64,000 nt of DNA from a virus: positions 71,445 to 135,444 of IMG/VR virus record IMGVR_UViG_3300029258_005166, one strand, 5' to 3'. Below, piece by piece: positions 37,684 through 46,690 of this stretch (its first letter is position 1; each line of letters begins with the position of its first letter). A program made the position numbers and the translations under genes. The notes beneath the pieces are model-generated. The model had not been told where the DNA came from. It worked only from the letters and a program-made list of their open reading frames with translations, and searched no databases.

Positions 37684-38828
37684 AAAACAATCAAACAACG
37701 ACGATCTTGATCGTCCTGACAGCTTTATTGGCAGTCACCTTTGTGGTGCTTCATACGAAGGTTTCAAACCGAGTAGAATCAACACCTCCACCAAACGAGG
37801 GAATGCCCTATACAACACCTCCACCGATTGAACCAAATTACACATTAGAGGATGCTGTCAATTCAATCACACAAGATGAATGTAAAGAACATCTCTACAA
37901 ACTAGCCGACAACGCATGGGAAGGCAGGATGTCGGGGAAGAGAGGAAATGTCCTGGCGGCTGCCTATATTAAGGAACAATTTGAAAAGGCTGGACTTAAA
38001 ACCGAATATCAGAAATTCGGAATTTCTAGGATGAATCCAGGCCCCAAGAATGAAACTGGTGATGACTTTACCCAAAACATTTATGGCTGGATTGAAGGAA
38101 GCGATCCTGAACTTAAAAATGAAATTGTGGTTATCGGAGCCCATATGGATCATATCGGCTATGGACCCAAAATGTCTCGCACCCCTCAACGTAGGGAGAT
38201 CCACCCCGGTGCAGATGACAATGCATCGGGCACCGTTGCTTTGATAGAAATGGCAAAAGCTTTTGCTATGTTAAAACCAAAACGAACTGTCGTTCTTCAA
38301 GCATACAGTGCTGAAGAAATGGGCCTGATTGGAAGCCGATTCTATTGCGACAATCCAACCTTTCCTAAACATGATCCCGATATAAAGAAACACATCTTTA
38401 TGCTCAACATGGATATGATCGGACACCTGGGTAGCAGGACAGTCTTTGCCGTTTCGTTTCGTGATGGCGAAAGCTCTGTCGATGTTCAACGTTATATCGC
38501 AGAACTCAATGAAAAATATGCCTTCGGCAGAAGAATCACCAGTACGCGAGGAAGTGGCTCAGATCACGTTAGTTTCTACAACAAGAGGATTCCCGTTGCC
38601 TTTCTGCATACAGGATTAACAAACACATATCACACTCCAAGCGATACCGCCGACACAATTGATTGCTATGGAATGCATAAGGTCGCCCAATACGGCTTTG
38701 AATTGGCATGGAAAATCGCAAACAAGGATAAGGCTCCAGCCTTTAATCACGCAAAATTCAAAGAACTAGAATATACTCATGACCATGGACACATGCTCTT
38801 CCATGGTTATCATAAGGAGGCCAAATGA
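37680..38828 (+). CDS. M28-family metallopeptidase, membrane-anchored or exported
   Basis: GAHMDH, GADDNASG, AEEMGL, NMDMIG, SDH, YHTPSD. Confidence 0.92.
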   Translation: MKNNQTTTILIVLTALLAVTFVVLHTKVSNRVESTPPPNEGMPYTTPPPIEPNYTLEDAVNSITQDECKEHLYKLADNAWEGRMSGKRGNVLAAAYIKEQFEKAGLKTEYQKFGISRMNPGPKNETGDDFTQNIYGWIEGSDPELKNEIVVIGAHMDHIGYGPKMSRTPQRREIHPGADDNASGTVALIEMAKAFAMLKPKRTVVLQAYSAEEMGLIGSRFYCDNPTFPKHDPDIKKHIFMLNMDMIGHLGSRTVFAVSFRDGESSVDVQRYIAELNEKYAFGRRITSTRGSGSDHVSFYNKRIPVAFLHTGLTNTYHTPSDTADTIDCYGMHKVAQYGFELAWKIANKDKAPAFNHAKFKELEYTHDHGHMLFHGYHKEAK

Positions 38829-39133
38829 CATTGAGTGAACTTATCAAAACAGATGATTTGCACTGGTGCGAAGAAGACGGCAAATTTGTCCCTCTAAGCA
38901 GAAAGGAAATCAAACGACTTGTTTTAATTTGTGCTGTATGTGGAATCGAAGATGTTTCCTCTGTAACCCAAGTAATTAGATGGGCCGAAAAAACCAGAAC
39001 TGCCGAGTTGATTTTCAAGGGTATTATGGAAAATCGGATCGGCTTTCGATTACTCGAAGACGATCCCGAACCTAGATTTTTCGCTTTGCCGCTTGAAACC
39101 ATGGATGAAATTGACGAAATCGAAAAAATCTAG
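38825..39133 (+). CDS. Hypothetical protein
   Basis: GGAGG RBS, coupled to upstream gene. Confidence 0.6.
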   Translation: MTLSELIKTDDLHWCEEDGKFVPLSRKEIKRLVLICAVCGIEDVSSVTQVIRWAEKTRTAELIFKGIMENRIGFRLLEDDPEPRFFALPLETMDEIDEIEKI

Positions 39134-39144
39134 CGAAATTAGTC

Positions 39145-39173
39145 TTGCAAATACCTAGACAGTCTGCTAAATT
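39145..39173 (+). promoter_or_regulatory. Possible sigma70-type promoter
   Basis: TTGCAA-17 bp-TAAATT. Confidence 0.4.
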
Positions 39174-39208
39174 AGCCCTATCTGAAAAATCCCTATAAGG
39201 AGTTTGTG

Positions 39209-39523
39209 ATGAACAAGTATACTTTGGTTCGAAACCTACCAGTAGCTAGATTCTACTACCAGGGCCATCACACCCACCCAGTTCGCAGGGTTGTTGCAAT
39301 CACCAACGAAACCAGAACTACGTTTACCGGCTACGAATTGAGAGAGGGTAGTGAGTTAAGGACGGGAGATTTGCCTGTCAAGACGTTCCGCAAAGACCGT
39401 GTTGCCGAAATCGGCCAAATTGACAAGCGTAGAGTTCTTAGAAGGAAGACCCCCAAAAGGAACCAGACCCAAACCACGCTGTCTAGGTCGAATCTACAAA
39501 GTCTGGTGATTGACGGCATTTGA
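39209..39523 (+). CDS. WYL-like small protein
   Basis: FYY....RRV....TGYELRE...KTFRKDRV pattern; AAGGAG RBS. Confidence 0.45.
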   Translation: MNKYTLVRNLPVARFYYQGHHTHPVRRVVAITNETRTTFTGYELREGSELRTGDLPVKTFRKDRVAEIGQIDKRRVLRRKTPKRNQTQTTLSRSNLQSLVIDGI

Positions 39524-39592
39524 TCCGCCCAATGGGGCGGAAATGGCACCGTAGAGTGAGATCTGTGTAAAGCAACTGGTGCCTGTTGGAAG

Positions 39593-39623
39593 GCCCCACT
39601 CCCGGCGAAGCCGGGAGTGGGGC
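39593..39623. terminator. Perfect 14-bp palindrome, GAA loop
   Basis: GCCCCACTCCCGGC-GAA-GCCGGGAGTGGGGC + TGTTTTT. Confidence 0.85.
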
Positions 39624-39670
39624 TGTTTTTATGGATTCATTACTACATAATAAAAGTAGGAGAAAACGCT

Positions 39671-40618
39671 ATGACATATTTCTTGAACCCATTTCATGAA
39701 GATTTTTATGGGGTCTGGGTAATAGATGATAGAGCCCATCACCCCACCTTTCCATGCCGCAGAAATGCGGGCCGTGGGCATAACATTGTAGCCGCTTGGC
39801 ATGAGCCCATTGGAGCGGTTCCCAAGACCTACGATCTTTCAGGTAACGACGCAGATGGGAACCCGGTAAAGGATTTGACTCTTCAATTTGCGATAGGCAA
39901 TGATTTTTTGGATTGGATGATACTGACCATCGATTTGACCGACGATTCAAATGTCAGTTTCACCGCCGTTCCCGCAGCAATGCAACCATGGCAGATCGTT
40001 GACATCTTGAATGCCCACGACACATTCCCCTCTTACTTTGAAGCTTCTATCGGACGCTTTGAAGACGAACAGCAGCCGAGGGACAGAATTTTGATTACAC
40101 AAAAGCTCGGTGTTGAAAGAATGAAATTCTTCGTTGTCAAAGGTACGGCAGACGAGGTTCTGGGATTCAATGCTAGAGTCGGTATAGCGGAATTGCCGAC
40201 ATATTTTGCTCGACATACTGTTTTCAATCGAGATGCAACAACAGGTTTGGTTGCTTTTGAAGATGGTTGTAACGTATTGATTGAACTCGATCCTGCTGCC
40301 GCTGGCGGGGCTTCTGTTGTAGATGATAATCTCATCGATAATGCGGTGGATGCAAAAGGTCATAATTTGGGATACGATTCTAGTGTTGTCCGAGATGACT
40401 GGGAATTGGTCCAAGGCCAAAGTTCGACTTTCCTATTTTCCAAGGTTAGTGGGGCTGCTTCGGCTTCTACAACTACGACAATTGAATACCCTGCGGGTGC
40501 GAAAGTGGGCGATTTGGCTAAAAAAATCGTTGAAGAATTTGATGGTGGAGGGGCCTTATTACGGAAATTTATTATGCCTCATACGCTTACGAGCGGAGAT
40601 TTGATAACTCCTCCGTAA
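39671..40618 (+). CDS. Putative virion structural protein
   Basis: AGGAG RBS, TACATA motif, acidic beta-rich composition. Confidence 0.5.
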   Translation: MTYFLNPFHEDFYGVWVIDDRAHHPTFPCRRNAGRGHNIVAAWHEPIGAVPKTYDLSGNDADGNPVKDLTLQFAIGNDFLDWMILTIDLTDDSNVSFTAVPAAMQPWQIVDILNAHDTFPSYFEASIGRFEDEQQPRDRILITQKLGVERMKFFVVKGTADEVLGFNARVGIAELPTYFARHTVFNRDATTGLVAFEDGCNVLIELDPAAAGGASVVDDNLIDNAVDAKGHNLGYDSSVVRDDWELVQGQSSTFLFSKVSGAASASTTTTIEYPAGAKVGDLAKKIVEEFDGGGALLRKFIMPHTLTSGDLITPP

Positions 40619-40703
40619 TTTAGAAAATCCGACACTCTAATAAATTTGGATATCTAATCACATAGATATTGAAGATGCATCAACTCTACAAGGAGTAATA
40701 ACT

Positions 40704-41252
40704 ATGGCTGATGAAGTTAAACATGATGAACTTGTGGAACCGATAACTCTAGAGGATGGCCGTAGAGCAGAAAGAAAGACTGTCAAAACGTTCGATCCAA
40801 AGACACGGGAAGGCATAGAGGTTGTCGAGACAAGCGTAGAACCGAAAGTAAATTTAAGATTGGCTCGGAGAGAAATAACCAAGACTCGTCCTGTTGTACA
40901 CAGACGAGAAACGGAACTTGTTGATGAAGAAAGCGGAGAGGTCCTTCAGAGAGAAGTTGAAAGTATTGATCCTGAAGTCAAAATGGAAGTAAGAGAGCGA
41001 GTAGTTTCGGCTGCTTCACTCCCTGAAAAACCTGAGGTTCCTTTTGTCACTCGCGAGGAATTGCGGGAAGATATCACGCATGCCATGTGTGTTTTTGATC
41101 GAAAGGTAAACGGCGATTACGCTGTTTCTGCTCAAAGCATGGTGGAAGAACGACTGGGCGGCAAATCAGGTACTTCTTGGTTTAATGTTGCTCTTGTTGC
41201 TACCATGGGAGCCTTGATCGCTGGCATTATTTGGGTACTAGTCGCAGCCTAG
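40704..41252 (+). CDS. Protein with C-terminal transmembrane anchor
   Basis: AAGGAG RBS; E/V/R-rich body; terminal hydrophobic helix. Confidence 0.65.
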   Translation: MADEVKHDELVEPITLEDGRRAERKTVKTFDPKTREGIEVVETSVEPKVNLRLARREITKTRPVVHRRETELVDEESGEVLQREVESIDPEVKMEVRERVVSAASLPEKPEVPFVTREELREDITHAMCVFDRKVNGDYAVSAQSMVEERLGGKSGTSWFNVALVATMGALIAGIIWVLVAA

Positions 41253-41354
41253 CTTGTGAAAGTTGGATATTACACAACTTTCCGATTGGGATATTAGTAG
41301 ACTTTGCTCATCAGCCAAAAACGATCTATCGTGTTAGAAACATTCATCAAATGC

Positions 41355-41381
41355 AAAAGCCTGCCAATACGGCGGGCTTTT
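41355..41381. terminator. Bidirectional intrinsic terminator
   Basis: AAAAGCCTGCC-AATAC-GGCGGGCTTTT between convergent genes. Confidence 0.75.
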
Positions 41382-41389
41382 CTTTTTCT

Positions 41390-41494
41390 CTAACGAACGA
41401 TCAGTATCCAAAAGCACCACAGAACGAACAGCGTTGGGCCTATAATCAGAAACAAGAACACTAGTATGCCCAATATCTTCTCAATAATTTCCAT
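41390..41494 (-). CDS. 34-aa single-pass membrane peptide (not in ORF track)
   Basis: MEIIEKILGILVFLFLIIGPTLFVLWCFWILIVR. Confidence 0.4.
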   Translation of the reverse strand: MEIIEKILGILVFLFLIIGPTLFVLWCFWILIVR

Positions 41495-41531
41495 TCAGGC
41501 ATTTTAGCAAACTAGATCGGCAAAAACAAGA

Positions 41532-42188
41532 TCAAATCCCCCACCGATCTCTCAGACTTTGAAGCCAGGATTTCTTTTCTTCCTCAATTTCCTGAGCTTC
41601 TTCTTGAGCAAATTGCCCTCGTTTTTTCAACTCAAGCGGTTTAGCCACTTTGAATAATCTTTCAATCCATTCCTCCCATTCGGAAATTGGTACGTAGACC
41701 ACAAGATTTCCTCTAATTTCTTTGTATACCTCGTAACCCTTGTAGTGGACAGAGAAGATGCTGGTATCATCCATATAGCTGATTTCCAAATGCATCCCTC
41801 GACTTAAGCCGTCAAAATGGTAGCCAATAGCTGTGGGATTGTAGGACCGTTCTTCTGGACTATCTCGCCACTCCCAGGAATCTTCTGGGGCATCTTCGCC
41901 GGTCGGAGAAGGATCGGACCCATCTGGATTTCTAACTCGATGCATAGGGATTCTGTCTCTTAATTCTTCTGGAGAGTTAGAATCCTCGATGGTTTCTAGG
42001 CCATCATATGGGTCATCTAGATAGTAACTATCTACAAGACCGCCGCTCGCACTATCCAGCATGATCGGTTGTCCTAAATTTCTCATGACGATAGCGATTT
42101 TGCCATCTTGGCCAAGATAACTTTTTTGTTCTGCTTGCTCTAGTCGCTGTTCTTGTATTTGTTTTTCGTATTCTTGAGGACTAATCAT
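41532..42188 (-). CDS. Hypothetical protein
   Basis: 218-aa ORF coupled to mscL. Confidence 0.65.
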   Translation of the reverse strand: MISPQEYEKQIQEQRLEQAEQKSYLGQDGKIAIVMRNLGQPIMLDSASGGLVDSYYLDDPYDGLETIEDSNSPEELRDRIPMHRVRNPDGSDPSPTGEDAPEDSWEWRDSPEERSYNPTAIGYHFDGLSRGMHLEISYMDDTSIFSVHYKGYEVYKEIRGNLVVYVPISEWEEWIERLFKVAKPLELKKRGQFAQEEAQEIEEEKKSWLQSLRDRWGI

Positions 42189-42681
42189 TTAAGCAACTTG
42201 TGCATTGAGGACACACAGTACATTGCCAATTGATAACACTCATACAGTATGGGCATTTTTTGGTTTCAATGCACTTGATAGTCGGTTCTTTTTCTTTTTC
42301 TACGATCTTTTTCAGGAAATTATGCCAGATAACGAAGAAAATCACAGCAATCAAAATAAAATCTACGAAAGCCCCGGCGAATTTGCCCAACTCAATATTC
42401 ATGCCTTCAAGAGGAGTCCATACAAATTCTCGCCAATTGGAACCCGTAAAAGACAAACCATAGTTGATGATAGGCATGATGAGGTTTTCAGAGATGGATT
42501 TGACGACGCTGTTAAAAGCCGCCCCCAACATGAAGGCCACGGCCATTTGAACCATTTGTCCCTTAAAGGCGAACTTCTTAAACTCTTCCAGTCTTTTCTT
42601 GCCAACAAGCCCGCCAATTTCCTCTGAAAGTTCATCCTTGGCTCTTTTTATCTCTTCGCCAATGAATTTCTTGTCTTGCAT
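42181..42681 (-). CDS. mscL: Large-conductance mechanosensitive channel
   Basis: EEFKKFAFKG..MAVAF.LGAAF..VV.S...LIMP, F....DFILIA; C-terminal CPYC/CPQC zinc ribbon. Confidence 0.88.
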   Translation of the reverse strand: MQDKKFIGEEIKRAKDELSEEIGGLVGKKRLEEFKKFAFKGQMVQMAVAFMLGAAFNSVVKSISENLIMPIINYGLSFTGSNWREFVWTPLEGMNIELGKFAGAFVDFILIAVIFFVIWHNFLKKIVEKEKEPTIKCIETKKCPYCMSVINWQCTVCPQCTSCLND

Positions 42682-42696
42682 ATTCTATTATAGGAG

Positions 42697-43095
42697 ATGA
42701 ATTACTGCAATTGGAAAGATATCGTAAGAAAAATCATCCGCAAATTTTCCCCTGATTTGGGAAGTCTACCTGAGGGATGTGAGTTCGTCTTGGGAGAGCC
42801 CAAAGGCGAACATTCGCTGTCGGGATGGTTTTCTATAGGCCTGGAAGTAAAACAGCCACAAGAAGCGTGGATGGTTTTGTCGGGCGTTGCCCCTTCGAAG
42901 AGCTACGCTCCTTTCTGGGACGTATATGGCGATGAAAGGTTGCTAAAAGAAGAACTAGAGAAAGCCTGTGATTGGTTGGGAGGGGTATATTCGACCAAGG
43001 ACCTTAAAACCCGGCAACTAGAATATGAAATGGGTCGGTTTGGTCCTACCGACTACATAGACTTTGAGAACTCAAAACGGAGTAAGCATGTTTAA
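42697..43095 (+). CDS. Hypothetical protein
   Basis: ORF coupled to downstream peptidase. Confidence 0.55.
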   Translation: MNYCNWKDIVRKIIRKFSPDLGSLPEGCEFVLGEPKGEHSLSGWFSIGLEVKQPQEAWMVLSGVAPSKSYAPFWDVYGDERLLKEELEKACDWLGGVYSTKDLKTRQLEYEMGRFGPTDYIDFENSKRSKHV

Positions 43096-44479
43096 AGAAC
43101 TGGTAAAAGCTCTATCAATAAACAGAATTGACTATTTGTTTAACGATCCTAGTACGCCGCAACTCAAGGCGTCCGTAGCCATACCAAGTGAAAAGACACT
43201 GAAATTCGGTGTTAAAGGATGGAACGGCAAAGGAACAACGAAAACTAGTTTGCGGGCCGGTCGTTGTTTCGTCACCGTCGCTGATGGCATAGGTTATTTA
43301 CAGGACATTCGTAAGAAGCAAAAAACAAAATTGGTACAACGCTGGCCTGCGACCGCGAAATTAAGCGTAGATCCTGAAAAAAATGCCACAACCCTTAACG
43401 CATACTACAACCGAAAAGCTCTTTGTTTCTTTTCAAAGAATATCCCAGGATTCGGATTTGTCAGTACAGCCGATTCAGTTGATATTGTGGCACACGAACT
43501 GGGCCATGCCCTTTTGGATGCACAACGACCTGATTTTTGGCATGTTCAAGCACTAGAAATTTGGTCTTTTCACGAAGCTTATGCCGACATCACGGCAGTA
43601 GCCACTGTTTTACAGCATAAACAAGTCCGTGAATATGTCATAGCTGAAACAGCGGGAGATATTCGAAAAGCGAATGTTGCTTCGCGATTGGCAGAGCAGA
43701 TGGGTGCGGCAATTTACAGCAGAAGAAGTTCAAGGGGCGGTTACTATCCCGACTGTTTAAGAGATGCTACAATCAAGTTTGCTTATAAACGACCCAGCCA
43801 GTTGCCAAGAAACGCACCCCACAATAAGCTGTGTGCTGAGTGCCATAGTTTTGGTCGCATTTTCCTTGGAGCGTGGTATGAAATAATGGTTGGATTTTAC
43901 GAATTGAATTGCAAGAACGGCCTCAAGGCCCAGATTGCCTTGAGGGATGCCTGCGATACCGCATTTTCTTACTTAGTGAAAGCCCTTTGTCGGGCTCCTA
44001 GAGTCGGTCGTTTTTATCAGGCTATATCCGGTCATTTTCTCTCTCTTTGTTCTGCCAACGAGGAACATTACCAGATTGTGAAAAGAGTTCTTGCTGAATA
44101 CGATCTTATAAAACCAAAAATCATGATGTTGCAAAATAAAGTCTCGGGCTCATTGGCTAATGAGCCGGGGGAAATCCGATATGTTCATGTGGCAAGACAA
44201 AAAACAATAAGACTATCGGACTACTTAGCGGACGACGTGGTTCAAGCTTTTGCGGTCGATACCTTAGCGAATGTGGAATTGGAGGTTCCAAATGATAGCT
44301 ATTACGAGTTTGATGAAAATGGCACCTTAATAGAAGAAATTGGAATCACAGAAACCGAAATTGTTGAAGAAGCCCGATTGTGTGCCGCAATTATTCAATC
44401 GACCCAGCAGGTGGGTCCGCAAGAGGATAAAATGTGGGAAATTAGGGACAATAAGCTCGAAAGAAGCTTTATCGAATAA
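43088..44479 (+). CDS. Zinc metallopeptidase (M4/M36 gluzincin-like)
   Basis: NAYY, DIVAHELGH, FHEAYAD, ECH. Confidence 0.8.
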   Translation: MFKELVKALSINRIDYLFNDPSTPQLKASVAIPSEKTLKFGVKGWNGKGTTKTSLRAGRCFVTVADGIGYLQDIRKKQKTKLVQRWPATAKLSVDPEKNATTLNAYYNRKALCFFSKNIPGFGFVSTADSVDIVAHELGHALLDAQRPDFWHVQALEIWSFHEAYADITAVATVLQHKQVREYVIAETAGDIRKANVASRLAEQMGAAIYSRRSSRGGYYPDCLRDATIKFAYKRPSQLPRNAPHNKLCAECHSFGRIFLGAWYEIMVGFYELNCKNGLKAQIALRDACDTAFSYLVKALCRAPRVGRFYQAISGHFLSLCSANEEHYQIVKRVLAEYDLIKPKIMMLQNKVSGSLANEPGEIRYVHVARQKTIRLSDYLADDVVQAFAVDTLANVELEVPNDSYYEFDENGTLIEEIGITETEIVEEARLCAAIIQSTQQVGPQEDKMWEIRDNKLERSFIE

Positions 44480-44555
44480 TACTTATTAACCAGTTTTCTC
44501 CTAGAATTTGGTCCTTGGTGACTACTATATGACTGATTTTTTAGGAGGACCCTAA

Positions 44556-44744
44556 ATGAACGATGATGGGTGGTATTACGATGACGACGACGAATGGTTG
44601 GACGACATCAACGATCCCGACGATGATTTAGAAGAATTGGACGATAAGCTGGATGATCTAGAAGAAGAAGAAGAAGAAGAAGAAGAAGAAGATTGTTCAG
44701 ATTTGGATGAACCGGAAGACGACTGGGTGGACCTAGATGATTAG
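44556..44744 (+). CDS. Extremely acidic 62-aa protein
   Basis: AGGAGG RBS; mostly D/E with spaced W/Y/L; (GAA)10 tract. Confidence 0.6.
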   Translation: MNDDGWYYDDDDEWLDDINDPDDDLEELDDKLDDLEEEEEEEEEEDCSDLDEPEDDWVDLDD

Positions 44745-44929
44745 ATTCGCCTCTTTTTTCGTTTTCTAGTGGGCGGCAATTTGCCTTCTGGATTTTCAGG
44801 ATCACTTTCTGATTTACCGTGAAAATCTGCAAAACCCAATGAACCCACCTTGGTTGGGTCTTGTTTGGGCGGTGGTTGACCGCCCGTAGATCCCCAAGTT
44901 TCCAACCATTTCTTGAAAGACAATTTCAT
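44741..44929 (-). CDS. Small putative internal head protein
   Basis: MKLSFKKWLE; TAGATA-N5-ATG. Confidence 0.55.
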   Translation of the reverse strand: MKLSFKKWLETWGSTGGQPPPKQDPTKVGSLGFADFHGKSESDPENPEGKLPPTRKRKKRRI

Positions 44930-44933
44930 GACA

Positions 44934-45452
44934 TTATCTAGTCAAAACTGTCTTATTTAAAGCCTCAATTCCCTTAATTTCAACCCAATGAAGAATATGA
45001 ATATAGGGGCCATTCTTGAATTTTGCCTTTCGTTGTTGTTCGAATCTCAGGTATTGCGAGCCATGGTCACCAATATCTCTTAAATTGCCAGGATGCGGTG
45101 GCTTCTTGTTTTCTTCATACCAAGCCTTCTGTTGATCCTTAGACATTTCAGCCCATTCTTCAAGACTCGGTGCGGGTTTTTCTTCCTCTTTTAGTTGAGG
45201 AAGTCTAATAGCGTAGCCTTTGGTAGTTTTTTTAATTGATTTGCTATTCTTTTTGTCATTGATGAGTTGGTATTCACAAAAAACTTCTGAAGCTGGCTCG
45301 GTGCTTTTCCCACTTTTATGTAATACCCAAACAGGAACAGACACTCCCATTGTAATAATTGACTCTCCTTCAATGAGATCGTAGCGTTCTTTTCTGGTTA
45401 AAAAAATATTGTGAAGAACCGTTAGTACAATTTTATTGTCTGGAGCAATCAT
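44934..45452 (-). CDS. Hypothetical protein
   Basis: GGAGG RBS. Confidence 0.65.
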   Translation of the reverse strand: MIAPDNKIVLTVLHNIFLTRKERYDLIEGESIITMGVSVPVWVLHKSGKSTEPASEVFCEYQLINDKKNSKSIKKTTKGYAIRLPQLKEEEKPAPSLEEWAEMSKDQQKAWYEENKKPPHPGNLRDIGDHGSQYLRFEQQRKAKFKNGPYIHILHWVEIKGIEALNKTVLTR

Positions 45453-45478
45453 ATATACCTCCGGTAATAAAGGAAGGG

Positions 45479-46444
45479 GTGTCCATGAAAAAACGATTGG
45501 ATTTCGTCAAAGTGTTCTTCGTGTCGTTCGGCATTACTATTCTAGCTCTATTGCTAATTTTTGGCAATTCGAAAAACGATGAGATCATTGGAAGATGGAA
45601 GCCTCCAACTGAAGACGTTATCGAAATGCCTATTTTGCGTGATAGCAAACCCTCCAAAGCTATCCGACAAATAGCTCCTGAAGAAAATCGAAGTGCAGAG
45701 GTCAGGGAATATCTAGCACCTTCGCTCAAAATACGGGTAAGCAACGCAAGTGGATCTGGCACTATCACTGGATATGACCCCCGTACAGGAGAAGCATATG
45801 TTTCTTCTTGTGGTCATTTATGGGGCGGAAGTAGATCTGCCGAGGAACTTAGAAATAATCCGGTTTTCTGTGAATTTGTTACTTGGTATCACAATAACGT
45901 CAAACTTTCTGAACCAAAAAGATACAAAGCTCAAGTTCTCTTTTGGAGTAATGATCGAGGATATGATTGTAGTCTTCTTAAATTCACTCCTGACTGGGTT
46001 CCCACATTTTTTCCTATAGCTCCGCGAGACTACCAACTTACCCCTGGCATAATGCTGCATTCTTGTGGATGTGATGGCGGAAGAGAAGTCGCACATTATG
46101 ATGTTGAATTTGTCGAATATCGTGGTGTTGACTTGATAACCCGCCGTAATAGCCCCCGACCAGGACGTTCAGGAGGAGGATTGATGTCTTCAGACGGTTA
46201 TTACATTGGCACTTGCTGGGGGACTTCCGATACGAGTTCCGGTGGCGGGGTTGGTTATTTTACTCCCTTGAAGGCAATTCATCATATGTATGCGAAAAAT
46301 GGCTATGATTTTCTGTTAAATATGTCTACCCTTGGACGAGCTAGAACTATTCCAATTCGTGACTGGATGAATCCGAAGCAAGAGTGGGAACCAGAATATA
46401 TTCCTATTCCGGGGCGACCTAGAATCCCATTGCCAATTCGTTAG
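45479..46444 (+). CDS. Trypsin-like serine protease with N-terminal membrane anchor
   Basis: GSGT, SCGH, D in YDCSLL, PGRSGGGL. Confidence 0.8.
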   Translation: MSMKKRLDFVKVFFVSFGITILALLLIFGNSKNDEIIGRWKPPTEDVIEMPILRDSKPSKAIRQIAPEENRSAEVREYLAPSLKIRVSNASGSGTITGYDPRTGEAYVSSCGHLWGGSRSAEELRNNPVFCEFVTWYHNNVKLSEPKRYKAQVLFWSNDRGYDCSLLKFTPDWVPTFFPIAPRDYQLTPGIMLHSCGCDGGREVAHYDVEFVEYRGVDLITRRNSPRPGRSGGGLMSSDGYYIGTCWGTSDTSSGGGVGYFTPLKAIHHMYAKNGYDFLLNMSTLGRARTIPIRDWMNPKQEWEPEYIPIPGRPRIPLPIR

Positions 46445-46689
46445 TTATCAGGTCGAGCAAGTTGTTCTTCCCACCAATCAAGTTCGTCTTTTATGTTGGG
46501 AACATTGTTCATTTTTAGGATTTCTTTAACGGCAATCAGAACTTCTTCTCGGGGCAATTTGTCGAATTGCTCCCAATCATCGGCGGTAGCTTGATTGTGC
46601 ATGACCTTGTAGATCGACATTGCCAAAGGAATTGGCACATCGCCAGGATGAGCAAACATCTCGTTCATGAATTGTGAAAAGCTTTTCAT
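46441..46689 (-). CDS. Small putative internal head protein
   Basis: Start MKSFSQFMNE after GAGG. Confidence 0.55.
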   Translation of the reverse strand: MKSFSQFMNEMFAHPGDVPIPLAMSIYKVMHNQATADDWEQFDKLPREEVLIAVKEILKMNNVPNIKDELDWWEEQLARPDN

Positions 46690-46690
46690 G

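Noticed and set aside
39545-39585. SAM-I-type riboswitch (GCAAC..GGTGCC)
   Set aside because: Lacks the ATC/GAT P1 and kink-turn elements, and lies 3' of a gene.
44661-44690. (GAA)10 as a phase-variation tract
   Set aside because: In-frame triplets encoding poly-Glu; slippage would not shift the frame.
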